This document shows positions 19,035 through 27,542 of a stretch of DNA of 64,000 nt, one piece after another. Made by a program: the position numbers and the translations under genes. Under the pieces are notes generated by a model. It was not told where the DNA came from. It saw nothing but the letters and a program-made list of their open reading frames with translations, and ran no database searches. Each line of letters starts with the position of its first letter. Positions within the stretch are counted from its first letter, which is position 1. The DNA is taken from positions 192,001 to 256,000 of the forward strand of contig CAVUXE010000053.1 in NCBI GenBank assembly GCA_963745235.1, read 5' to 3'. Origin of the DNA: an uncultured Spirochaetota bacterium. GTDB lineage: Bacteria; Spirochaetota; Spirochaetia; SZUA-6; Fen-1364.

Positions 19035-19058
19035 GATATCATCGGGAGCGAGGATGCC

Positions 19059-19946
19059 ATGGAGCCCTTTTCCCTGCGGTGTTTTGTCGCGGTTGCGCGG
19101 TCAGGCAGCTTTTCACGCGCCGCGGAGGAGCTGTACCGTACGCAGCCGGCCGTCAGCCTCCAGGTTCGCAAACTGGAGCGCGAGCTGGGCCAGCGGCTTT
19201 TCGATCGTTCCCGCCGCTCACCCGTGATGACGGACGTGGGGAGGGCTTTGTACCCGGGGGCTCGTGATCTGTTGCAACGCCTTGACCGGTTGCTCGAGCT
19301 GGCCGCCGTGTCGGGGGCCGAGCCGGCGGGCACTCTGACAATCGCGTCCAACCTGTCTCTGATCGGCCACTTTCTGCCCCGGGCGGTGCACGAGTTCCAC
19401 GGGCGGCACCCGCGCGTGCGGCTGCGCTTCCTCAACCGCACCTCGCGGGGCATCGCACGAGCGCTCGACGAGGGGGAGGCGGACATCGGCATCGGGTTCC
19501 TGGTCGAGGAGCGAGCCGAGATGGAATCCGCGGTTCTCTTCCGGTCGCCGTTCGCTCTTGTCACTGCCCGGACCTCGAGGGGTTCCGCGCGGGTATTGTC
19601 GCTCGACGCCGTCCTGGCTGGGCCCGTGATCCATTTCGAGGAAGGAGTTGAGGTGCGCCGTTTCCTTGAGCAGGCTCTCACGGGCAGGAGGAGCCTGCAG
19701 CCGGTCATCGAGCTCCCCTCCATCGAGCTTATCATCCACTTCGTGAGCAGCGGGTTCGGCAGCACGATCCTGCCAGAGTTCGCGATTTCCAAAGAGTGGC
19801 GGAAGAGACTTGTCGTCAGGAGACTTGGAGGCTCCGTCCAGCCCCTGGAAGTGCGCTCATTCGTGAGCAGGCAGCGAACCGTCTCGCGAGGGGCCGCGGC
19901 ATTCCTGGACCTCCTTCGACCCATGGCGAAATCCGCTGGAAGCTGA
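19059..19946 (+). CDS. LysR-family transcriptional regulator
   Basis: GSFSRAAEELYRTQPAVSLQVRKLERELG HTH. Confidence 0.93.
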   Translation: MEPFSLRCFVAVARSGSFSRAAEELYRTQPAVSLQVRKLERELGQRLFDRSRRSPVMTDVGRALYPGARDLLQRLDRLLELAAVSGAEPAGTLTIASNLSLIGHFLPRAVHEFHGRHPRVRLRFLNRTSRGIARALDEGEADIGIGFLVEERAEMESAVLFRSPFALVTARTSRGSARVLSLDAVLAGPVIHFEEGVEVRRFLEQALTGRRSLQPVIELPSIELIIHFVSSGFGSTILPEFAISKEWRKRLVVRRLGGSVQPLEVRSFVSRQRTVSRGAAAFLDLLRPMAKSAGS

Positions 19947-20057
19947 AAAGGCTGGGAACCGTCATTCCCAGCCATGCCAGTTGACCATGACCGTCCTGCG
20001 CTCTGCAATAATCGGCCGCCTTCACCGTCCGCATTGATGTGCGACGGGAGGAGTGGC

Positions 20058-20600
20058 ATGCAACATCGAATGGGAGACTTCTGGTTCAGACTGATGGCCC
20101 TCGAATATCGGATCAAGTCCAGGCCGGCATCCGTGCTCCGCGAGCTCGAGGAGGCGGGAGTCCGCCGCGGCATGAGAGTGCTCGACTTCGGGTGCGGCCC
20201 CGGCCGGTACACGCTTCCCGCGGCCAGGATCGTGGGAAGCGAGGGGAAAGTGTTTGCCGTGGACGTACACCCGCTTGCGCGTTTGACGGTGCAGAAAGCG
20301 GCATACAGGGACGGCCTCGCAAACATCGAGGTGATCGATTCGGACTGCGCGACAGGGCTCGGTCCGCAGAGCGTCGACGTCGTGCTGCTCTACGACACCC
20401 TTCACGATGTGGTGGACAAGGACGCGGTTCTGAAGGAGCTTCGTCGAATCCTGGGCCCTGTCGGAAGGATATCGTACAGGGACCATACTCTCTGGGGCGA
20501 GCCGCTCCTCGCTCTTATGCGTGGGAACGGGTTCTTTCCCGTCGAGCAGGAGCTCCGCTCTGCTCTCGTCAGGAAAATGGTGATGCTGAGGGGCGCGTAG
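20058..20600 (+). CDS. Class I SAM-dependent methyltransferase
   Basis: VLDFGCGPG, VFAVD, VLLYDTLHD; GGAGGAG RBS. Confidence 0.88.
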   Translation: MQHRMGDFWFRLMALEYRIKSRPASVLRELEEAGVRRGMRVLDFGCGPGRYTLPAARIVGSEGKVFAVDVHPLARLTVQKAAYRDGLANIEVIDSDCATGLGPQSVDVVLLYDTLHDVVDKDAVLKELRRILGPVGRISYRDHTLWGEPLLALMRGNGFFPVEQELRSALVRKMVMLRGA

Positions 20601-20619
20601 TCCGGCTTCGAAACGACAG

Positions 20620-20644
20620 CGGCGCCCTTCCGTGAAGGGCGCCG
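20620..20644. terminator. Hairpin between convergent genes
   Basis: cggcgcccttc-cgt-gaagggcgccg perfect 11-bp stem. Confidence 0.55.
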
Positions 20645-20676
20645 ACAGTCGAAGGCGGAAAGTCCGGCCGGCGCTT

Positions 20677-21189
20677 CTAGTTTTCCTCCGGTCCGTCGTA
20701 GCCCATGCCGCCCATCATTGTGCCATACCCTCCGGGGGTGGGGCCGTCATCACCCATCATTCCCTGGGCTCCCGGGCGCCGCATTTCGAAGAATCGGCGA
20801 TGCTCCATTCCGAACCCCTGCCGGATGAACCGGGAGTACAGGGGGAAGTTGTCTTCACCGATGATCTGGCGAAGCTGGACCCTGGCGCCAACGAAAGCCT
20901 TCATCATGTCCCCGCGGGTCTGGGCGATCTGGCTGATGTATCCGTTGACGTCCTGCATGTTGGGGCTCGCTGGAAGCAGAGCCTTCTCCATCTGGGCGTG
21001 CAGGAGCCGTATCTGAACGACATCCTGCCTGACAGTCGCTCGTGTCCTGGTCTGAATATCGAAGACCTGATTGATCTGCGATTCATTGAGGCCGAACTTC
21101 TTCAGCATGTTTGTTTCGTGGTCCCGGGGGCTCTGCGCGAACAGGGCCATGGGAAGGACCAGGAAAACGAGTGGGATGAGTCGCTTCAT
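20677..21189 (-). CDS. Spy/CpxP-like periplasmic chaperone or metal-sensor protein
   Basis: Signal peptide, LNESQ (LTxxQ-like), helical core, Met/Gly-rich tail. Confidence 0.6.
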   Translation of the reverse strand: MKRLIPLVFLVLPMALFAQSPRDHETNMLKKFGLNESQINQVFDIQTRTRATVRQDVVQIRLLHAQMEKALLPASPNMQDVNGYISQIAQTRGDMMKAFVGARVQLRQIIGEDNFPLYSRFIRQGFGMEHRRFFEMRRPGAQGMMGDDGPTPGGYGTMMGGMGYDGPEEN

Positions 21190-21285
21190 GGAAATGTCTC
21201 CTCTCATGTTGGAAATGGTACTGGAGGGGAGCACATCCATCCATAAACGCGGCTTGAAAATTGGATAATAGTCTGTTATGAGCGG

Positions 21286-21853
21286 ATGATGATCCAGATG
21301 GTGCTCGGCTACGTCTTCATTGCGGGATTCCTGCTCTTCGAGGCGGTCCTGCGCCGCGGAGAATCCGCGAAGAGCCTGGACAGGGGCGGCTCAGACCGGG
21401 GCAGCACGGTGGCGGTTGGCGTTTCGTACGGGACTGCCGTTCTCCTGCCCCTCGTTCTGAATCTGGTGCACGTGGGCCGCATGCAGACGCCCGTGCTCAG
21501 CTGGCTCGGTCTCGCCGCAATGGTTTCGGGTCTTGCCTTGCGCGCCTGGTCCATGCGGGCTTTGGGCACATTCTATTCGCGCACGCTGCGGATCGTCGGC
21601 TCGCAGGAGATCATCGACAGGGGACCGTACAGGCTCATCCGCCACCCCGGCTACCTGGGGAGCATACTGCTCTGGGTCGGCTCGGGTCTTGCTTTTTCAA
21701 ACTGGACTTCCCTGCATTGTCGTCGCCGTCCTGATGTTGGGAGTCTACATCTCCAGGATCAACGCGGAGGAGGAAATGCTCGTCGCCGCGTTCGGCGAGC
21801 GCTATATCCAGTACAGGAAGCGCACCTGGAGGCTTCTCCCCCTTCTCTATTGA
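21286..21853 (+). CDS. Isoprenylcysteine carboxyl methyltransferase (ICMT) family membrane protein; apparent frameshift near 21707
   Basis: GPYRLIRHPGYLG in one frame; RINAEEEML..FGERY..YRKRTWRLLP in another. Confidence 0.8.
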
Positions 21854-22644
21854 GCCGAACGGCTCAAAGGTGACTGGGGCTGCACATTCTGGGGCTGAGC
21901 ATGCTGGCGCTGCTTCAGGCGGCGGTGCTGGAGAAACCAATCGTACAGCTTCGTATTCCGGTAGGTGACGGTCCAGCAATCGTGATCGAGGTCAGGATAG
22001 AGGGTGAAATGCACGTCACCGCCGTTCTTCCGCAGGGCGTTCACCATGGTGATGGACTCTTCCGGAAGTACGTTGGTATCTTTTGCGCCGTGAAAGGCCC
22101 ACACGGGGAGGCTTTTCAGAGCCTTGACCCCGCTGAGGTCTCCCCACCCGGCAACCGGCGCGATGGCTGCAAACAGATCGGGATAGCTCGTCGCCATGCG
22201 CCAGACCCCGTTTGCCCCGAGGCTCCACCCCGTGAGGTACATCCGGTCCCGGTCCACGCGGAGATCCGGGAGGACCGCGTCCAGCAGGGCCTTCATCTCA
22301 GCAGGATCCCATCTCTCCTGGTCTTCAGAGAGTTGGGGCGAAATGACGACAAAGGAGAAGCTTCGAGCCTGTTCAAGGCAGGCGGGAAGACCGTTTCTTT
22401 TCACGATCTGCAGATTGCTTCCCTTTTCGGTGCTCCCGTGAAGGAAGAGGATGAGGGGCCACCTCCTTTTTCCGTCGCTGTGGTAGCTGCGCGGCAGGTA
22501 CAGGAGGTAGCGGACAGTCATGTATTTCCCCGTCACCAGGATTTTCTTCTGCTGAGGAAGCCCGGTGAGGGTCCTCGAGCGCGCCGTCAGCGGGACAACA
22601 GATGCCACGACGAGAAACGCCACGAGCGCGCAGGTCCGGATCAT
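21847..22644 (-). CDS. Secreted carboxylesterase/phospholipase-type alpha/beta hydrolase
   Basis: Signal peptide, PLILFLHG, YLTGWSLGA, VWAFHGAKD, HDCW. Confidence 0.85.
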   Translation of the reverse strand: MIRTCALVAFLVVASVVPLTARSRTLTGLPQQKKILVTGKYMTVRYLLYLPRSYHSDGKRRWPLILFLHGSTEKGSNLQIVKRNGLPACLEQARSFSFVVISPQLSEDQERWDPAEMKALLDAVLPDLRVDRDRMYLTGWSLGANGVWRMATSYPDLFAAIAPVAGWGDLSGVKALKSLPVWAFHGAKDTNVLPEESITMVNALRKNGGDVHFTLYPDLDHDCWTVTYRNTKLYDWFLQHRRLKQRQHAQPQNVQPQSPLSRSAQ

Positions 22645-22787
22645 GCGCGGGCATGGTACATCGGACGGGCGCGACGCGCCAGCACCCGTCACGCGCGGCC
22701 AGCACCTTTCACGAGCGCCCTGGCCAATCGGCGAGTTTCCACCGGGCCGCGGCATCTGTACCTTCAACGCAGAAAGGGGATGCATGA

Positions 22788-23675
22788 ATGGCAAATGCCT
22801 TGAAGGAAATCTCGAGCTCCCTGCGTGAAGCTGTCAAGCGCGCCGCCGCCTATACGGTTGCGCTGGAACGGGAGCCATACTCGGTGAGCGGGGTCCTCAT
22901 AGGCGGGGATCGAGTGCTGACTGCAAGCCATCTGGTGGCGGACGAGGGGACGGTAGTGATCACACCGGAGGGAAAGAAGCTCACGGCGAAGCTGGCCGGA
23001 CGGGACCCGATCCACGACCTGGCGCTGCTGCGCCTCGGATCGGATGTTCAGGCAGCGGTGCCCCGGGCCGCGGCGGTGGAGGTGGGAGACCTCGTGGTAT
23101 CGATAAAACGGGACTCCTTCGACGGGATCAACGCGTCGCTCGCCATGGTAAGCGCGGCAGGGGCGAAGCTCAGGCTCGGAAGGAGCGGGGTATTGGCGAA
23201 ATACCTGCAGACGGACTCCGATCGCCTGAGCGGCACCACGGGCGGACCTTTGGCGGATGCCGAGGGATCCCTCGTGGGGATCCAGGTTTTCAACCGCAGA
23301 ATGGGCGCGGAGGTGGCAATCCCGACTGACGTGGCGCTTGCGCGCGCCAAGCTCCTCGAGGAAAAGGGAAGCGTGCGCAGACCCTACCTCGGGGTCAGGA
23401 GTCAGGCCGTGGCCCTGTCGGGTGCGGCGCGGGAGGCCCTTGCGGGCAGGCAGGAGACGGGCCTCCTTCTCATCTCGGTGGAGACGGGCAGCGCCTCCGA
23501 GCGCGCGGGTCTCGAGGTCGGAGACATCCTTACCGGTCTTGGCGGCTCGCCGGTCACGAACCACGAGCAGCTGGTCGGCCTGCTCGCGGAACACGGCGCG
23601 GGGGCGGGAGTGGAGGTGGAGGTGGTCCGCGGCGGGGCGCGGCGCACGTTCTCCCTCTCCATCGGCGGCGTATGA
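22788..23675 (+). CDS. Cytoplasmic S1C (HtrA-like) protease with PDZ domain; Thr at the catalytic Ser position
   Basis: LTASH, GRDPIHDLALL, GTTGGPL, RPYLGV, GLEVGDIL. Confidence 0.8.
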   Translation: MANALKEISSSLREAVKRAAAYTVALEREPYSVSGVLIGGDRVLTASHLVADEGTVVITPEGKKLTAKLAGRDPIHDLALLRLGSDVQAAVPRAAAVEVGDLVVSIKRDSFDGINASLAMVSAAGAKLRLGRSGVLAKYLQTDSDRLSGTTGGPLADAEGSLVGIQVFNRRMGAEVAIPTDVALARAKLLEEKGSVRRPYLGVRSQAVALSGAAREALAGRQETGLLLISVETGSASERAGLEVGDILTGLGGSPVTNHEQLVGLLAEHGAGAGVEVEVVRGGARRTFSLSIGGV

Positions 23676-24028
23676 ACCTTGCGCGCGCCCGGCCGCGAAT
23701 TGTCGTTCGGGCGCGCGATCCCCTGCTGCGCTCGCTCATCCTGGAGCGTCTCTCCGGGCTGGGTGATCTTGCCGAGGAAGGGGACGGGGCCGCGGGCGGG
23801 GATGCCCTCGTGGTGGCATCAAGCGCCGACCCTTCACTCACCCCGCGTGAGACAGAGGTGCTGGGGCTTCTTGCGGAAGGCATGGCCAACAAGGAGATAG
23901 CCGCCCGCCTGTCGTTCAGCACTCACACGGCCAAATTTCACGTCGAATCCCTTTTGCGGAAGCTGGATGCCGCCAACCGGGCAGAGGCAGTGCGAGAAGG
24001 GATCAAACGAGGGTTGATCGGCGTGTAG
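23672..24028 (+). CDS. LuxR-type HTH regulator with vestigial N-terminal domain
   Basis: LTPRETEVLGLLAEGMANKEIAARL...TAKFHV; ATGA overlap with the protease stop. Confidence 0.85.
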   Translation: MNLARARPRIVVRARDPLLRSLILERLSGLGDLAEEGDGAAGGDALVVASSADPSLTPRETEVLGLLAEGMANKEIAARLSFSTHTAKFHVESLLRKLDAANRAEAVREGIKRGLIGV

Positions 24029-24038
24029 AGAGGGATTG

Positions 24039-24091
24039 TTAACAGCATTTAATCCCGCGTTCACCTTAGCTTAACATTTCATCAGTACTAT
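24039..24091 (+). promoter_or_regulatory. TTAA-N6-TTAA box with phased half-sites and -10 (TACTAT)
   Basis: TTAA at 24039 and 24049, TTCA 24060, TTAA 24071 (10-11 bp phasing); TACTAT 24086-24091. Confidence 0.55.
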
Positions 24092-24097
24092 GGAAGA

Positions 24098-24173
24098 GAC
24101 TAGGACGAGAAAGTCCAAGCCTTTTTCATCCAAGGGGGCCTGCCGGGTTCCGGCCAGGTCCCTTCTTTTTTTT
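24098..24173 (+). ncRNA. Candidate small RNA (~75 nt)
   Basis: Lies between a promoter-like element and an intrinsic terminator; ggac-gagaaa-gtcc hairpin; no RBS-led ORF inside. Confidence 0.35.
24132..24173 (+). terminator. Rho-independent terminator
   Basis: aagggggcctgccgg-gtt-ccggccaggtccctt stem followed by a T8 tract. Confidence 0.75.
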
Positions 24174-24201
24174 CCCACCGGGGATTACGATCCGGCCAGA
24201 G

Positions 24202-24870
24202 GTGGCTCTCATCAAAGCGGGCGAGATTTTCGACAGTTTTCCGTTCCTGACCGCAATGCCCCGGGAGGCCAGGGACGAGCTTTCCCTGCGCGCGGTCAAC
24301 AAGAGTCTTTCCCACAAGCAGGTCCTCGTGAACGGCGGAGACTGCGAGTACCTCCCTCTTGTCCTGAAGGGGACGCTCCGCGTATACAAGGTGAGCGAAA
24401 CGGGCAAAGAGCTCACGCTCTACCGGATCGATCAGGGCGAAAGCTGCATTCTTTCAGCAACATGCATCCTCAACACCAGCACATTCCCCGCCATGGTGGA
24501 GGCCGAAGGGCCGACAGACGTGATCCTGATCCCCTCCCAGATCTTCTCCCGGTGGGTGGAATCGTACCCCGCATGGCGAAGGTTCGTATTCGGCATCTAT
24601 GAAAAGCGGCTGGACATGCTCCTCACCCTGGTGGAGGAGGTGGCCTTCCACCGCGTGGACGCGCGGATCTCCTCCTACCTTGCTGGGGAGGCAGAGGGAG
24701 GACGGACGACCGTTTCCGCCACGCACCAGCAGATAGCGTCCGAGGTTGGAACCTCTCGTGAGGTCGTGAGCCGGATCCTGAGGGATCTCGAGGCCGAAGG
24801 ACTGGTCGTTACGGAAAGAGGACGGATACGGATTCTTGACCGCACCCGTCTTTCAGCAAAGGCGGAATGA
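24202..24870 (+). CDS. Crp/Fnr-family transcriptional regulator
   Basis: GTLRVYK..ETGKELTLY, GESC, THQQIASEVGTSREVVSRIL HTH. Confidence 0.92.
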   Translation: MALIKAGEIFDSFPFLTAMPREARDELSLRAVNKSLSHKQVLVNGGDCEYLPLVLKGTLRVYKVSETGKELTLYRIDQGESCILSATCILNTSTFPAMVEAEGPTDVILIPSQIFSRWVESYPAWRRFVFGIYEKRLDMLLTLVEEVAFHRVDARISSYLAGEAEGGRTTVSATHQQIASEVGTSREVVSRILRDLEAEGLVVTERGRIRILDRTRLSAKAE

Positions 24871-24879
24871 TCCTGGTTC

Positions 24880-24921
24880 GTGACCAAGGTCACAGATGCG
24901 TTGGCCATTTGCGGCTACTCT
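24880..24921 (+). promoter_or_regulatory. Crp-type box and -10, class II activated promoter
   Basis: GTGA-ccaagg-TCACA centred at 24886.5; TACTCT at 24916-24921, placing the box near -41.5. Confidence 0.7.
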
Positions 24922-24942
24922 TGGTCAATTGAAAGGACGCGC

Positions 24943-26623
24943 ATGAAGCTGGTGATAATCGGAGGCGTCGCCGGGGGAGCCACGGCGGCCGCTCGAGCAC
25001 GGAGAATCAGCGAAGAGGCGGAGATAACGATAGTAGAAAAAGGCCCGTACGTGTCGTACGCGAACTGCGGCCTTCCCTACCATGTCTCGGGGGACATCCG
25101 AAAAAGGTCGCGCCTTCTCCTGCAGAGCACCGGAAGGTTTCGACAGCCGCTACTCCATCACGGTTCTCACGGAGACTGAAGCCGTGCAGATCGACCGGGC
25201 AGGTCGCCGGGTGCGGGTCGTGGGCCCCGCAGGAGAGTCGTGGCTTTCCTATGACAAGCTGATCCTGGCGCAGGGCGGACACCCTGTTGTTCCCGCTGTG
25301 GAGGGAGCGGACGCCGCCCATGTGTTCACCATCTGGACGGTTCCCGACATGGACCGGATCATTGAGCACCTCGAGAAAGCCGCTCCGGCTTCCGCCGTCA
25401 TAGCGGGCGGCGGCTTCATTGGCGTTGAAATGGCGGAAGCCTTCACGAAACGCGGCATTTCCACCACGATCGTTGAGCTGATGCCTCGGCTCATGTCATC
25501 TCTGGATCCGGAGTTCGGCTCCCTGATCTCACAGCGGCTGGAGTCGCGCGGAGTTCACGTGGTAAGCGGGAAAGGCATTGCGGCCATTCACGCCTCGGAG
25601 GTGGAGCTCACCGACGGGACGCGGGTGGCGGCCGCCATGGTGCTTCTTGCAGTCGGGGTCAGGCCGGAAACGTCCCTGGCGCGCGCCGCGGGCCTCGCCA
25701 TCGGGCAGGCGGGCGGGGTCCTCGTGGACAATCACATGCAGACCTCCGACCCGGACATTTTCGCCGCAGGAGACATGGTGGAGATCCACCACAGGGTTCT
25801 CGGCCGCGGCGTCCGCATCCCGCTCGCCGGACCCGCGAATCGCCAGGGCAGGGTGGCGGCTTCGAATGCGCTGGGGATTCCCCTGGGCTACGCCGGCGCC
25901 CTGGGGACCAGTGTCGTGAAGGTTTTCGATGCGGCCGTTTCCAGCACAGGGCTCACCGAGACCGCCGCTCGCGCCGCAGGGTTGGATGCCGGCGCAGCCG
26001 TGGTCGTGAAGGACCATCACGCAGGCTACTACCCGGGCGCCCACGAGCTCTACCTCAAGATCGTGTACGAACGAGGGAGCGGGCGGCTCCTGGGAGGGCA
26101 GGCCTTCGGCGAAGAGGGAGTCGAAAAGAGGATCGATGTGCTCGCCACGGCGCTGGCCGCCGGTATGACTCTCTCCGAGGTCGCCGAGCTGGATCTTGCC
26201 TACGCTCCGCCGTTCTCTTCCGCCAATGACCCCGTCAACCTTGCCGCCTTCGTCGCGGGGAATGACCTGTCGGGATTCAGCCCCACGCTGACAGCCGGCT
26301 CTCTCAAAGGCGTCCTCGGAGCGTCGGGCGCGGATGCGCCGGTGCTCCTGGACGTAAGGACGCTGAACGAGTTCGAGGCGTCGCACCTGAAGGGCGCGAC
26401 GCACGTGCCGTTGGACGAGCTTCGTTTCCGGCTGGAGGAGATTCCCCGTGACAGGCCGATCATCCTCTACTGTCGGAGCGGATACAGGGCGCATCTGGCG
26501 CTGAGGATCCTGAAGGAAAACGGCTTTCACGAGGTCAGGAACGTCACCGGCGGCTATCTGAGCATCACTGCCGAGGGAGGTTTCGAAATCGAAGAGGCGC
26601 GGGAAGGAGTGTTGGATTCATGA
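24943..26623 (+). CDS. CoA-disulfide/persulfide reductase with C-terminal rhodanese domain (CoADR-RHD/Npsr-like); apparent frameshift near 25127
   Basis: IIGGVAGGATAAARARR, SYANCGLPY, GGGFIGVE, LAYAPPFS, LDVR...YCRSGYR; removing one base restores LLQTPEGF. Confidence 0.88.
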
Positions 26624-26889
26624 GCACCGTCAGGGAGAAGATTGCCAAAGGCGCGCGGATAGTGGACGTCAGGACGCCGGCGGAGTTCAGAGACGGGTCG
26701 TACCCGGGGGCCATCAACATACCCCTGGTCGCCCTGCTGGCTCGCATGAACGAGCTGGAGCCCAAGGATGCTCCCATTGTCCTGTTCTGCGCCTCAGGCG
26801 CGCGCAGCGCCCAGGGAGCCCGGCTGCTCAAGCAGGCAGGGTTCACGGATGTCATCAATGCGGGCGGCCTGGATGACATGCCGGAATGA
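26620..26889 (+). CDS. Single-domain rhodanese
   Basis: VDVRTPAEF, GAINIP, FCASGARS, NAGG. Confidence 0.92.
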   Translation: MSTVREKIAKGARIVDVRTPAEFRDGSYPGAINIPLVALLARMNELEPKDAPIVLFCASGARSAQGARLLKQAGFTDVINAGGLDDMPE

Positions 26890-27487
26890 CCCCCGGCCGC
26901 GCGGGGCCTACGTCGAGCCCCCCGCCCGAATCCCCCTCGTTCTGCGCCTCCCGCTTTTCTTCGTGGAAAGGCGTCTCGGCAGAAGGCTTCTTGCAAACAG
27001 GATCCTGGCCTGGTACCCGAGGCTTTTCATCGGCTCGGGAGTCATGGAGGGCCTGGCGGCCCATGACGAACCCGGTGTGCCACGCCGGCTGCTGAACTTG
27101 ATCCGCCTGCGCACATCCTTCCTGGTCTCCTGCCCCTTCTGCATCGACATGAACGCGCGGGAGCTTCTTTCCAGCGGCATCGGGACCCAGGAGATACGGG
27201 GCCTGCAGGGAGCAGCTCCCCTGGAGGATGTCCCGTCATTCACGGAGAAGGAGAAAATCGCGCTGCGCTATGTCGAGTGCATGTGCGGGACGCCCCTGTC
27301 GTTCCCCGCCTCGGTAACCGACAGCCTTCGTTCCGCCTTTTCCTCGAGGGCCATCGTCATCATCGCCGGCACGTGCGCCCAGGTGAACTTCTGGGCCAGG
27401 CTCATCCAGTCACTCGGAGTGCCGCCGGCAGGATTCTCCGCGGAAAGGCCCATCCTGAATCTGGAGGCTTTCAGCACCCGCGCGTAG
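26886..27487 (+). CDS. Carboxymuconolactone decarboxylase / AhpD-like protein; start out of frame by a missing C in the 26890-26894 run
   Basis: SCPFCIDMN CxxC, FTEKEKIAL, VNFWAR; adding one C joins the coupled ATG at 26886. Confidence 0.75.
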
Positions 27488-27542
27488 GCCCACGGGGGCA
27501 ATCTGGACTTTTCCTGTACCACTCGATAACTTTTTTCTCAGC

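Noticed and set aside
24090-24602. 170-aa ORF starting in the candidate sRNA region
   Set aside because: No RBS, crosses an intrinsic terminator, and overlaps the Crp gene out of frame.
25082-25179. Programmed frameshifting in CoADR and the other split genes
   Set aside because: No slippery heptamer or stimulatory structure, and these families are not known for recoding; several similar indels point to sequencing error.
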